64,000 nt of DNA from positions 14,649 to 78,648 of the forward strand of contig CAVZPM010000032.1 in the NCBI GenBank assembly GCA_963777155.1, given 5' to 3'. Positions 1 through 11,209 of this stretch are shown piece after piece (the first letter of the stretch is position 1; the number at the start of each line of letters is the position of its first letter). The notes below the pieces were generated by a model. That model was given only the letters and a program-made list of their open reading frames with translations, was not told where the DNA came from and ran no database searches. The translations under genes were made by a program, and so were the position numbers. This DNA comes from Candidatus Bathyarchaeota archaeon (lineage in GTDB: Archaea > Thermoproteota > Bathyarchaeia > Bathyarchaeales > Bathycorpusculaceae).

Positions 1-39
1 TACATTATTTGTTATTTCTCAATAGCCAAGGTTTTGATT

Positions 40-592
40 ATGGAACTTGATGCATGTATTAAAGGCAGAAGAAGCGTTCGAGCTTACACAGAAGAACCAG
101 TTTCCAAAGAACAAATTGAATCCGTACTTGAAGCAGGTATTTGGGCTCCGACAGGGATGCATAGGGAACCTTGGAGATTCATAGTTATCGAAGATAAGAA
201 ACTGATAAAGTACGTCTCTGATGAAACCAAGCTTTTAGTCCAGCAAATGATGCCGCCATTAGCTAAAAAATTCTCCACTACAGCTGATATAATCTGTTAC
301 AATGCACCCATGCTTATTTTAGTATGCACTGAAAAAGATGAACAGTGGGCTAACATCAATTTGCTTGACAGCGTGCTTGCTGCGCAGAACATGTTTTTAA
401 AGGCCTACGAGCTGGGGTCTTGGAACATGCTATATGGGTTTTGTTAACTTCCTAAACAATAAACCAGAAGCGCTCAAGAAGATTGGTGTCCCAGAGAACT
501 ATACGCTGATGGTTCCGTTCATCATTGGTCACCCAAAAACAAAGCAAGGCGCAGGAAAAAGAAACAAACTTGTGACAAAATGGATAAAGTAA
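40..592 (+). CDS. Nitroreductase family protein (one frameshift near 415-420)
   Basis: RRSVRAY, APTGMHREPWRFIVI and AAQNMFLKAYELG motifs; an alternate frame continues GLGTCYMGF...IIGHPK to TAA at 590-592. Confidence 0.85.
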
Positions 593-648
593 ATAGAAAT
601 GCTATGACACTAAATAGTCCGGTTAACCCCAAAACCCAATATTTACCC

Positions 649-1242
649 TTATTTTTTAAGGGGTCTTCCTTTTGGCATAACTATAACTTGATTGCATTCT
701 CCATATGCGACTGCTTTTCCCTCTAAAAACAGCTTTCCAACATATGCACACGTTGCAGCATCCAATTCGTGGTCACTTAAACTTTTATCTAGTCCTTCTA
801 TGCCCAGTTTTTGTAGACCCGCCAACAAATTCTCGATACCTCGTTGTTTTCTGGGTATACCAAGAACGTCTTGCGCTCCTCCAGGATAAGCCTCAATAAT
901 GACTAATTTTTGAGCTTCGAAGATGCTTTTTAGCTGAATGCCACGTTGAGTTAGTTTTCTCATGGGACCTAACGTTATTGGAAAAAGTTTTATACCCATT
1001 TTGAGGAGTTCTCTGTCGCTTTCTCTTAGGTGAATACTGGTTTTTTCTTCAATTGTTCTTCTTCCAGGCGGTAGACATAAAGGAGCATCGATAGCCACAA
1101 CTTGGGGGTTGCTTTCCTTAACTTTCTGGATTATGTCCTGGTCTTTGTAAATTAAACATGTTTTGGCTTTCATGCCTGTAAGAGTACAGAAGCCTGTGGG
1201 TCGGGTTTCAACTCCTGCCAAATCTAAACCAATTATCGTCAC
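649..1242 (-). CDS. DUF429-like predicted nuclease (RNase H fold)
   Basis: IIGLDLAG, VAIDAPL, IEAYP and HELDA motifs. Confidence 0.75.
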   Translation of the reverse strand: MTIIGLDLAGVETRPTGFCTLTGMKAKTCLIYKDQDIIQKVKESNPQVVAIDAPLCLPPGRRTIEEKTSIHLRESDRELLKMGIKLFPITLGPMRKLTQRGIQLKSIFEAQKLVIIEAYPGGAQDVLGIPRKQRGIENLLAGLQKLGIEGLDKSLSDHELDAATCAYVGKLFLEGKAVAYGECNQVIVMPKGRPLKK

Positions 1243-1454
1243 ATGTCCTCTGGGTTAACATTGTAGTTTTTGGCTAATATTTCTTCACATTTGCCCACCG
1301 CAAAACGCTATGATAAGACCGCGGTTTTTCATTAAAAAATGGTAAATTCAACATTTTTTCTGTTTAAAAAAGCCCTGTTTTAGCCATTTATCAGGCAAGC
1401 GATAGAAAGTGTTTTAAATACATACATATGATACGTTCCATCAGAGGAATAATC

Positions 1455-1619
1455 ATGGCAAAATGTCCCACATGTGGAAAAGAAGTCAAGACGCCAAAGA
1501 AAACCTGGAAGATGGCTGGGAAACCAGACAAAAAAGGCAAACGGACCCAACTTACCATAGCACTGTATGATTGCTGCGGTAAGACTTTCCGCGAAGTCTT
1601 AGACAAGAAAAAGATTTAA
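1455..1619 (+). CDS. Cren7-like small basic chromatin protein with Cys motifs
   Basis: 54 aa, Lys-rich; PKKTWKM...IALYD..GKTFR resembles the Cren7 core PEKVWAL...IGLFKD..GKYFR; N-terminal CPTC. Confidence 0.6.
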   Translation: MAKCPTCGKEVKTPKKTWKMAGKPDKKGKRTQLTIALYDCCGKTFREVLDKKKI

Positions 1620-1702
1620 ATCAAAATCTCCCAGTCTCTTTTTCTATTTTTTCTGTTCATCTTTCCATATTGTGGGTACTCGATAGTTATCAAACCCAAC
1701 AA

Positions 1703-2385
1703 TTAGGACAAACTACTCGTAATCACCGTGCAAATTGTCTCGCGCCCATCTAAAATCGCTGCAATCCGTTCAGGAAACAAACCGTTAACTACAAAGCAGT
1801 CAATAGATGTTTTCAAAAGCAACTTAGGCAAAGCTTTATCGACGCTTGTCCGCTTATTCGTCGCTATAAGTTGGCTAGCGGATATACTTTTGATTAATTC
1901 TGCTTCTGACGCTATCTTTGGGTCGTTTGTGCAAACACCGTCAACATCTGTAACCAACAAAACCTTTGTTACCTGTAACCGGACTGCGAGGTAAACTGGC
2001 GATTGAGTCAGAAGTAACATCCCAAGAATTTTCCAACGGATCTTGCTTAAAGAGTAGTTCTGAGGGCAAAAAAATCGGCAAACGACCAGAATCCAAAGCA
2101 CGTTTAGTTTCGGACAGTGTGGTCACAGTAACTGATAGTGGAATTAAATCTGAAAGCAAAAAACCATATTGATCCATTCCTAAAATTGCCATCCGATGTG
2201 ATACATTGCGAGAGAGGTGAAAACTTTTCATCTAATCTCCGTGTGACATCTGCAAATTCGCCACCTCCAGGCACAACGATCAAACTGTGATTTCTGGAGA
2301 ACTCGCTTAGCATAGTACATAATGTCTTCAGTTTTTCTGGGTATGCCATTAGGCTACCGCCTATCTTCACGACAAGTGCGTTCAT
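1703..2385 (-). CDS. mfnE: [5-(aminomethyl)furan-3-yl]methyl phosphate kinase, amino-acid kinase family (frameshifted, 3 ORF pieces)
   Basis: VVKIGGSL, VPGGGEFAD, SHRMAILGMDQYG, SWDVTSDSIA and TDVDG motifs across three overlapping ORFs; operon context. Confidence 0.8.
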
Positions 2386-3445
2386 TTGATGGGCTCCCCT
2401 TCGAGTTTGTTCGCCATCATTTGGGCAACCCCAAAGGCAGGTGTAGCTAAAACTGCTTCTTTAGGCAATATTGTTCCCAAATCCACTATGGCATCCACCC
2501 CTAGTTCTTGAGCGGCTTTGGCTGCGAGAAAGCTTTTTCCAAGCCCAGTAACCACCACTGGAACCTCAACTGAAACCACTCGACTTTGTGTATAAGTAGA
2601 CTTTTGTTAAGCCTTCAAGTAATCTGCCTGATTTGTCTGTTGCAGATAAATTTTGCCATGCTAATGATTTCTTCTTGAGTTAACATTTCGGTGTCGGCAC
2701 AGACAACTCTAGCAAGCCTTGCGAAAGCTTCTCCAACGGTTTTTCCCCGCCCATCTGCCGTTTCGCTAGTGTAATCTTCTATGGCGATGTTTCCTAAGAT
2801 AAGGTGTACGTCAGCTGATAAAGCGAAAAGCTCAGAAGATACGCTTGCAATGCCGCTTCGGATGGGGATGGACTGCACGATTGCAGCCACGTTCGTTCTC
2901 AAGCTTCCCGTGTAGACTAGTTCGCCGCAGAGGAGCTTGTCCAAATCTGTCTTTCCAAGGGCTACAACTTGGCCATTCACTATTGGGATTATACTTGTGC
3001 TGGTGGATCCAACGTCAACGACAACGCAGTTTTTCAGTTGTTGAGCTACTAGCCAACCTGTTGCTGCCCAATTCGCCGCCGCTACTCGGAGTGGTTTATG
3101 TAAGACAACCTCAATTGGTTCTAATTTGGCTTCAGTGTTTAAAACATAAATGGGAGTTTCAGTAAAAATCTGCATAAAACAACTCAAAATATGGTTGACT
3201 CCTTCCCTTTTTGTTTGGTAGGCATCCGATAATTCAGCGGTCATAGTTACGCCTACACCATCAAGCCTGCAATTGCACAGTTGATTTTTAAGCTTTAAGA
3301 GTACATCAGCAAGTTTTTCAGGGTGTTTCCAGACTGGAAAATACTCAACTGCAACTTTTGCATCGAAACATTTCCCGTCTCTGACGCTGATATAGGCTGC
3401 TTTTGTGTTTGCTCCCCCTACATCAAAGCCTAATACATCAACCAA
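2382..3445 (-). CDS. mfnF: MfnF, hydantoinase A-like methanofuran biosynthesis protein (frameshift near 2600)
   Basis: GFDVGGANTK, TMTAELSD, AAANWAAT, DVGSTSTSIIPI and GELVYTGSLRT motifs. Confidence 0.85.
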
Positions 3446-3455
3446 ATCTTTTTCC

Positions 3456-4684
3456 TCAACCGATAATGCTGTACAGTTTCTTTTTAGCTTCTTCTATATC
3501 AAAGATCGCTTCATCCAAGGTTGCTCCGTTACCGATTAGAAGGGCACATGATTTGGCGTTGTCTTCCAAAGGAAAAGCTGGAGAAACAACAGCATCCATG
3601 TTTGACTGATATTTTTGAAAGTAACCATTGTGGGTTTAGGTGTTTCTGTTTTCAGAAAGCATGCAATCCCTCGGTTTTCTGGTCTATCAGGAAGGTTACC
3701 TTTCAAAACTGCGTTCTCAATGGCTTTAGCAAGGTTGAAGTTGACAACTTTTCGTAAACCAACATAAGAAGTTGTTAACCGAGGATTAACATCAACCACA
3801 TAGGGCATATCTAGTGCCAAGACTAAATCAACACCAACATAACCCCAAAGCCCATAGATTGACTTGACTACTTTTTCCGCTAAATCAAACGCTTCTTGTT
3901 TGAATGGGTGGTCCAATGGAACGCAGCCGCCGTTGTAACTTGAAAACGCTTCTGGTCCAGTCATGGCTATGTTTTGTCTGTTTAGACTAATCGCTAAGGC
4001 TTTATTTTTTGTTGCAAGCAGACTAACGCTTACTGATTCTCCTTCGATGAATTCTTGGGCAATAAAGTACGAAGCACTTAGATTCAGCTTTTTATTTTTG
4101 CAATGGCTTTTCCTATTTGGCTTTCCTCTTTTAAGAGGCTTAATCCATTGCATCCAACTCCATCCACTGGCTTGAAAACCAACGGATAGCTTAGTTGTTG
4201 CTTAATGGTTTGTCTGGTTTTTTGACAAAGTGTCTGAGATGTTAATCAGTAGAGTCTTTGGTATTGGAAAACCTTGTTCTTTCAAATTGGTATAAAGAAG
4301 CGCTTTGTCTGCTACTTTGGCTATAGTTGTAGATTTGCAGTTGAGTGTTGTTTTGCCTGTTTTTTCGGCAAGTTCCACAATTGTTTGCAGTGTTTGTCCT
4401 GTTTCAGGCGCTATAATGTAGATTGAATCGTTGATTTTTGCGAGGTTCGTCAAGAGTTTTTCAGGTTCTTCGGGGTACATGATTGGAAAAGTATGGTCGG
4501 CATCTATTGGGGGATTGAGTTTGGATAGTCTTGCATCTAGCAGAATGGTAACTTCATCTCCGTTCGCTTTAAAATCTGCGACAACACTACGTAGCATCCC
4601 AAAACCTTCTGCTAAAATGCCAGTGGGTAACTGTTGCCCAGCGTATCCGCCGCCTGAGGCATACTCGTAAAGGATAATCTTCAA
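3456..4684 (-). CDS. mfnD: Tyramine--L-glutamate ligase, ATP-grasp (frameshifted)
   Basis: YEYASGGG, EGFGML, IAPET, QEFIEG, GYVGVD and DVNPRLTTSYVGL motifs; C-terminus in another frame to TGA at 3456-3458. Confidence 0.85.
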
Positions 4685-4725
4685 TCTTTGCCCTCTAAGA
4701 ATCGATGTGGAACTTTAAAGGTGCC

Positions 4726-5865
4726 TTAAAGCTTTTCGATTTCAACTAAATCTTTCAGAAAAGCAGCCACATGCCTCCTCTTAACATGAGGCATAACAAC
4801 GATTCTAACACAATCGTACCTTGGAACATAAGAAACAAACCAACCTTGCTTCCATAGTTTCTTCAGCTAAACTCTGGGTATTTTGACCTTTAAAAGCAAC
4901 TATGTTCAGTGTAGGTTCTACCAATAGGTCAAAACCAGCTCTTTTGATGCCCTCAGCGAGCATCTTTGTGTTTTTCATACATTCAGAGACAATTTTTCGG
5001 TAACCTTCCATACCAAGAGCTCTAAAGACTGCCCATGCTGAAGCAGCAGCGGCACCTGTTCTTGTTCCAACTAAAAGTGTATTGTTCCTTATCCGTTAGG
5101 TAAGGTGTTTCGGTTTTGATGCTATCCAGCATTTGGGCGTCTTTAAAGAGGATTCCACCTGCGGGAATAGCCGCCATGCCCATTTTGTGGGGGTCAACGG
5201 TGATGGATTTCACACCTTCTAAGATTAAAATCAAAGACGGGTTTAGGTTCAGTTAGAAATGGAATCACTAAACCGCCAAATGCTGCGTCAACATGCAAAA
5301 AGATTCCGTGGTTTGATGCAATCTTTGAAAGCTTATCGATGGGGTCTACTGCACCTAACTCTGCGGTTCCAGCTGTGCCCACTATGGCGACCGTGTTCTT
5401 GCTGATGCATCCCTCAACTTCTGAAGGGTTTACCTTAAAGGTGCTGTCCAACCTTGCATAAACTGGTTTTAGGTTCAGGAGACTGCAGATTTTTGTAAAT
5501 GAGAAATGGGCTGATTCTGGAAGAATCACTTCTGGCTGGGTGTTTTTTGCCATGTTTCTTGCCGCTAATAACGCCATCAGGTTTGCTTCTGTTCCACCTG
5601 AAACAATGAAGCCTGCTGCGTTTTTGTTTTGGAGAAGGGTTGCAAGCTGCTTTATGACTTCTTTTTCAAGTTGGGCGCTTCCAGGAAATAATCCTGAATC
5701 ACCCAGGTTTGATTCAAAAAACATTTGATAGGCTTTTTTTGCCAATGGATGAGGTTTGGTGCACATTGAACATAGAATTCTGCCATTATCGTAATGGTTG
5801 TCTAGAGCATGGATCTTTCTTAGTTCTTCAAAAACATGCTTGCTGCTTAACCCTTTAGGCTGCAA
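4726..5865 (-). CDS. mfnA: PLP-dependent tyrosine/aspartate decarboxylase (frameshifted)
   Basis: [36 protein letters not shown] and DPHKMG (PLP lysine) motifs. Confidence 0.9.
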
Positions 5866-5884
5866 AACTAAACCCTCTTGACGT

Positions 5885-6609
5885 TCAATTGGTCTCTGCT
5901 TGTCTAACAGTCCTCAGCTAATTCCGCCACTAACTCTCTGGTGATTTGTCCTGTGACTCGGTTACTATTTGTGCATGCAGCACCCCGTAAACCTGCAATA
6001 TCAGCACCTAAACCATAAACTTTAGCTAAATCTTGTTTTCGCAGTGAGCCAGCTAACGCAACCTCTAATCCAAAACTATGAGCTAAATCAACAAATTTTC
6101 TTAATTGCCTTAAAGTCAGATGGTCAAATAGGTTTTTGCCATCCTTAACGAACGTATCAATCATAGCAACATCCACTTGTGACTTATGCGCTATTTCAGG
6201 AATAAGCAGCGGGTTATTGCGCCGATTTTTTCTGCATCAGCGTATCCTGCGACTGCAACTTTAATTTTAGGGTTGCATTCTTTTGCTGCTCGATTTACGT
6301 TTTGAAGTAGAAAAACTGCTTCTTCTTGCGTTTTAATTCCGTATAGTCCCACTTTTATGTAGTCGACGCCCAATCGATGCAGCTCCATATGCAGCTAGTG
6401 ATAACTGACCCTGGAAAATTCCCAACCTCTCCCAATGTGCAGCTGACCTCCAGATTCTTTGGAGTTATTTGTTTTATCTGCCTGATAACCCATGGATAAT
6501 TTGCACCCAAAGCGCCTTCCGCAGGGTTTTTTACGTCGATTATGTCAGCTCCTCCAGCGATGGCTTCCTGGGCTTCCGTTTCGTTCATTGGGCTTATGAG
6601 CAGTTTCAA
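5885..6609 (-). CDS. mfnB: (5-formylfuran-3-yl)methyl phosphate synthase (frameshifted)
   Basis: MKLLISP, GGADIIDVKNPAEGALGANYPW, DYIKVGLYG, MIDTFVKDGK, ALAGSL and GLRGAAC motifs. Confidence 0.9.
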
Positions 6610-7072
6610 GTGAGGTCATATTGATGCGGCTACTTGATGCCTTTAAAGTTTTCCCGTTGATGCCTGTTTTCTCTATAGCGTTAACAACTCACAGACGTAG
6701 CAACCTAATATTCCTGGAACAGATTCTAATCTTTCCAATTTGTCCGAATAAAGTCTCTTAAGCAGGAAACAAAGTAATCTAGCAGATAAAGGCAAATTAG
6801 CTCTTGTCAATTCTAAATTTTAAAGAGGACAAACAATTTGAGAAACTCTTCGAGAAACACTAGTTTTTCTAACCTACTGTTTTTCGCCTTAGGTGCATAC
6901 CAGCATACTTGATTATAGCTTTTATGCAGTAACCTTATGGGTTATTGGGTCAGCAATGCTAAACGTCTCATTTTCTTATTTCACACAAAAGATTCAGAAT
7001 AAAATAATCGTGGATTTAAGCATGTAGATAGGTTTTTCTATTGGCAAATTCAATCTTGGATAGGTTTAACGT

Positions 7073-7804
7073 TTGAAAATAATCCCGTCATCGACATCTT
7101 AAACGGAAAAGTTGTTCACGCAGTCAAGGGTCAAAGGCACAACTACCAACCTATAGAGAGCGTCCTCTTCAAGTCAACAGAGCCCTTGGAGGTTGCTAAA
7201 GGTTTAGAAGCCCTCGGCTTTAATGAGCTATACGTGGCTGATTTGGATGCCATTATCGATTGCTCCATGAATTTTCAGACGTTAAAAAATATCGCCGATG
7301 AGACTGGTCTAAAATTAATGGTTGATGCAGGCATAACAAGCATCCCAAGAGCCAAAAAACTCCTCGATATAGGAATATCGAAACTTATCATCGGTACAGA
7401 GACCTTGCAGAGCAAAAAATTTGTTGAACAAGCTGTGGAGATTTTCGGAAGCGACCGAGTTGTTGTTAGTCTGGATTTGAAGGGTGAAAAAGTTCTTGTT
7501 AAATTAGGGTTTGATGGATGCCTAAGCCCCATTTGTTTTCTGCAAGACTTCAAAAGAATGGGTGTTTCTCAGGTTATTGTTTTGGATTTGGCGCGGGTTG
7601 GCAGTGACGAAGGCGTTAAACGTTGATTTTCTCAAGAAAGTAATCGCGGAGGTTGGCGTCGATGTCTTTGTTGGCGGCGGTGTTCGAGACATCAATGATT
7701 TGGTTGAACTGAGAAATCTTGGGGTTTCTGGCACTTTGATTGCAACTGCCTTGCACACTGGAAAAATCTCAATCGACGCGTTAAGGCAGGAAGGCTTTCT
7801 TTAA
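7073..7804 (+). CDS. HisA/HisF-related TIM-barrel protein of C1-transfer cofactor clusters (frameshifted)
   Basis: MKII.VIDILNGKVVHAVKG read from TTG 7073; LYVADLDAI, VDAG, GTETL, SLDL, LDLARVGS and VGGGVR motifs. Confidence 0.8.
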
Positions 7805-7807
7805 CGT

Positions 7808-8527
7808 TTAATCAAGTTTTGCCAAGCACACAATTCCACCCAATTGTGTAAGTCGTACGCCTGCATTTGACTCAGCATCTATCACTCGTGTTTTCACTCC
7901 GTTTCTCGCGGCAATCTGCATAAGTCTGTTCACTCGATTTTTCTGGCGGCTACCTGCAAGATAATCATCGGTTAACAGTAAGATATTCAGGCTGAGGTTT
8001 TCCTGCTGGTTGTGGGTTTAGAATGAGGTTTTCTGCTTCTTGCAATGAGAAACGAACCAAATTATCGGTTTGGTTAAGCGTTTTCTCAAGTATTTCAAGT
8101 AGATTTTCTGTTTCTTCAGCTGGTTTTCCTGATTAATTGTTTGAAAGGATGTTTTTGTTAAGGCAGCCACTTGTGATGGAGCACTTGCGGAACCCGTTAT
8201 CTGCGAGAAGGAGGCTTTGTTTGTGCCTTGAAAAAGCCATGAGTGGTGGGCTTTGATGTGGCTAAGGAATTCCTGTGCATAACTGGTTCGGGGTGGCGAG
8301 GCTACAATTATGCTTCTTACGCCCTCTTTTAGGACAGGTCTTAATGCATTAATGATGGTTTCATGGAAGCGTAGAGGGCTTTTTGGTCTTTTCTATCGCC
8401 GTTTAGGAGTTATGGTTTGTTGGTGTTTGGCGACTTGGCTAAAAATCTGCCATAATGCAGCATGATCCTGTTCTATCCCAACTAAGACTGCAACTGGGTA
8501 TCCGCGTTTGTAATTTTTAGGCTTCAT
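7808..8527 (-). CDS. Pelota/aRF1-like protein comprising only the middle and C-terminal domains (frameshifted, absent from the ORF track)
   Basis: Manual translation: MKPKNYKRGYPVAVLVGIEQDHAALWQIFS...SIIVASPP...LLLTDDYL...RVIDAESNAGVRLTQLGGIVCLAKLD; the C-terminus parallels pelota VSTEHEAGAKLLSLGGIVALLRF in this window. Confidence 0.6.
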
Positions 8528-8653
8528 CTGTTTCGCTCTATCATCTGTGGCTTAGGTTATTTTAGGTGTTGCTTGTTTATCTGTTTGCGCCGATAGAGCG
8601 ATGAAAACGGCATGTTTATCAAACCCTAAAACCGTTTTCTTACATGTGAGTAC

Positions 8654-8987
8654 ATGAACAAAATATACACGAAAAAAGACCTTAGATGCCGAACTCAAAA
8701 AAAGCAAGAACGTACTCGCATTGTTTTATGCTTCCTGGTGCCCTTTCTGCGTAGGATTTGTACCAACGTTTGACGAAAAAGTGGCCAGCTTAGGCATCAA
8801 AAATGTGGTCCATGTACTCCTTGACGACTATGATAATCCACTCTGGGACGACTACGACATACCTGCAGTGCCAACAATAATTTTCTTTAAAGAAGGCAAG
8901 GTTTGCAAGCGGCTTGATGCAAGGCTCGGTAGGGGATTAAGTGAAGAACGTTTTGTGACCTGGATAGAAGAGTTAAAAAGTAGTTAA
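8654..8987 (+). CDS. Thioredoxin family protein (frameshift near N-terminus)
   Basis: FYASWCPFC active site and cis-Pro VPT motif. Confidence 0.85.
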
Positions 8988-9057
8988 TTTTAAGCCGCTA
9001 GGATTTTCAAAATTATTTTTTAGTATTTCTAAAAAGAAAAAGGATAGAAGAGGGTTT

Positions 9058-9569
9058 TTAGGTTGGTGGCGGTGGGGTGGTGGAGGTGTTGTGCCAAAGG
9101 GTTGTTTTGTTTGGAACACAACTGTTCCAGCCATGCGGTCGGTGTATTTCTGCATTTTGTTTCCAGGTGTTACGATCCCTACTAACCAGTCTAAGAGCAG
9201 TAATAGCCAGTAGATCTTGCTTATGTTGCGAAGGAATGCTTTGTCAAAAGCTACTTTCCCGCCGCTTGATGTTTGAACTTGTAATCCTAGAAGCTTTTTG
9301 CCTATTGTCATTCCTCCCCAGGACACTTCAAGGATTGCGCTGTAGAGAACAAGGATTATGCCGTAGATGAACGGTAGTAGAAATACACCAGCCCACCAAG
9401 GTACGTATTGGTAGGTGAATCCGAAGACTGTTGTGGATGTGAAGAAAAGCGGTAGAATAAGCCAGTAAATTATGTATCCAACAATTCCAGTGATTACGCT
9501 ATCAATTATTAATGCAATCAAACGATAGATCCAATGCATCCAGTTTATTTGCTCAATTTCTGTTGTCAA
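9058..9569 (-). CDS. RDD family membrane protein with Pro-rich tail
   Basis: RLIALIID, TIGKKLLGLQV, FLRN and DRMAGTVV motifs; true stop probably at 9058-9060 after an indel in the poly-Pro run. Confidence 0.8.
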
Positions 9570-9647
9570 TTTTTCAAAAACTCCTAACAATTCTGTTACG
9601 GCATTTGTTATTAATATGTTTCTATCAATCAGTTTAGCCTTAAGAAA

Positions 9648-10301
9648 TTAAGGCTTAAAACCACAAAGAAGCGCTATTTCAAGCCATTTCCAAGCACAGT
9701 CCACATCCACAAACCCAATCTGCCTAAGCCAGTGAAGTTGTGTTTCGACATCTAATAGCTTATTTGAGGGATCCTCGCTCTCAGGTGTCCAACCGATAGT
9801 TGCTAAGAATTTCGAGTGAAGGTTTTCGGTTGCTGAAGAGACGTGTTCCAGATTGCAGAAGACGCCTTCAGGGTTTAGCATGCTAAATATTTCGGTGTAA
9901 AGCTGCTTTTTTCTTGGGTGAGTCAAATGGTGAATTGCCAAACTGGAGACTACGGCGTCAAAGCTGCCCAACTCTAATGGGAGCGGCAGGCTAAAATCAT
10001 GTTTAACAATCTTGACGTGTTTGTCTTTTGCGAATCGTTTTTGGGCTTGTTCTATCATGGGATCGGAGAAATCCAAAGCCACTCCCTCAACCGCAGGGTT
10101 ATTCAGTTTTACAAGTGCAAGCAATCTGCCATCGCCTGTGCCTAAATCCAAAACTCGCTTGGCACCTATTGGAATTTGATCTAAAAGCGCTTTTTCTCCT
10201 TCCGTTCGATGTGGCAATTTATCGGCTCTTGCCAAATACGCAAATGCATGTTCAATTGTTTGCCATTCACTTCGGGGCACATCTCCGTCTATCATTTTCA
10301 A
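9648..10301 (-). CDS. Class I SAM-dependent methyltransferase
   Basis: VLDLGTGDG and FDAVVSSLAIHHL motifs. Confidence 0.85.
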   Translation of the reverse strand: MKMIDGDVPRSEWQTIEHAFAYLARADKLPHRTEGEKALLDQIPIGAKRVLDLGTGDGRLLALVKLNNPAVEGVALDFSDPMIEQAQKRFAKDKHVKIVKHDFSLPLPLELGSFDAVVSSLAIHHLTHPRKKQLYTEIFSMLNPEGVFCNLEHVSSATENLHSKFLATIGWTPESEDPSNKLLDVETQLHWLRQIGFVDVDCAWKWLEIALLCGFKP

Positions 10302-10431
10302 AGCCTTTGCTAACCTTGATAGACAGTTTTATTTTAAGGTTTTATGTGCGTGCCAGAATTCTTTTAATCAAAAAAATAAGCCTTATATCTTGTTTGTTTG
10401 CTTTATGGTGAGTTAAAGAGGATTCTAATTC

Positions 10432-10776
10432 ATGGAGTTTTGTCCAACATGCGGTTGCCGTCTTGAACCCAGAAAAAACGATGGAACTGGGTTTATGCTG
10501 TGCTGCACAAAATGCAACTTCACCAAGCAGCCAGCTGACCGAAAAACTGAAGCACGAACCGGAGCGGTCATTCAACCTAAAGCCAAACCATTCATGACAA
10601 TCATCTCCGAAGAAGACCAAAAAATAAAAACCATGCAGACCATAAAAATGAAATGCGAAAAATGCGAAAATAACGAGGTTTTTGTGTGGCAAGTGCAGAC
10701 CAGAGGCGGCGACGAGGCATCTACCCAGTTTATGCGTTGCACAAAATGTGGGCATACCTTTAGAGAATACACGTAA
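10432..10776 (+). CDS. tfs: Transcription factor S (TFIIS/RpoM family)
   Basis: Two Zn ribbons; QTRGGDEA with intact acidic dyad; C-terminal CTKCGHTFREY. Confidence 0.9.
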   Translation: MEFCPTCGCRLEPRKNDGTGFMLCCTKCNFTKQPADRKTEARTGAVIQPKAKPFMTIISEEDQKIKTMQTIKMKCEKCENNEVFVWQVQTRGGDEASTQFMRCTKCGHTFREYT

Positions 10777-10856
10777 AAAGCGTTCGGTTGTCTGTATCTT
10801 TCGAAAGCTATTAAAGGTAATTACGTTATAGAGTTCAATCCGGAGAACAATCCGAA

Positions 10857-10949
10857 ATGCCGAAAAAAGAAAAACCGTTAACTAAGAAAGAGCGAGACGA
10901 GAAAAGAAAAGCAAAAAAGGCAAAGCAGAGCAAAACACAGACTAGTTAA
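10857..10949 (+). CDS. Putative 30-aa Lys-rich microprotein
   Basis: MPKKEKPLTKKERDEKRKAKKAKQSKTQTS; upstream TTAAA and GGAG; hairpin agactagt/actagtct overlapping the stop. Confidence 0.45.
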   Translation: MPKKEKPLTKKERDEKRKAKKAKQSKTQTS

Positions 10950-11075
10950 ACTAGTCTAGAAATCAGTTTGCTCTATTCCCCTTAACGTTTTATTTTTTTT
11001 TCTTTATTTGTGTTAGGTAATTATGCCACTTGCCTTTCCAACTAATTCTTTTATTCCATGTTTGTATTGCTTGAG

Positions 11076-11159
11076 TATGCCTATGATGAATAACACGTCA
11101 GTCTGAGAGGGGATTGGTAGTCCCAGCGATGATGTCAGTTATACGAATTCGGAGGCATA
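11076..11159 (+). ncRNA. Box C/D-type guide sRNA (unit 1)
   Basis: Terminal stem tatgcc/ggcata; box C ATGATGA 11083-11089; D' CTGA 11103-11106; hairpin ggga/tccc; C' ATGATGT 11129-11135; D CGGA 11150-11153. Confidence 0.75.
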
Positions 11160-11209
11160 GACAACTCCTTTTTTAAGCGTAAACCCAATTAACTAACTTG
11201 AAATGCTTA

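Noticed and set aside
1703-2385. Proline biosynthesis (P5C synthetase) or uridylate kinase call
   Set aside because: Motifs and operon context fit MfnE; a true proB lies at 38965
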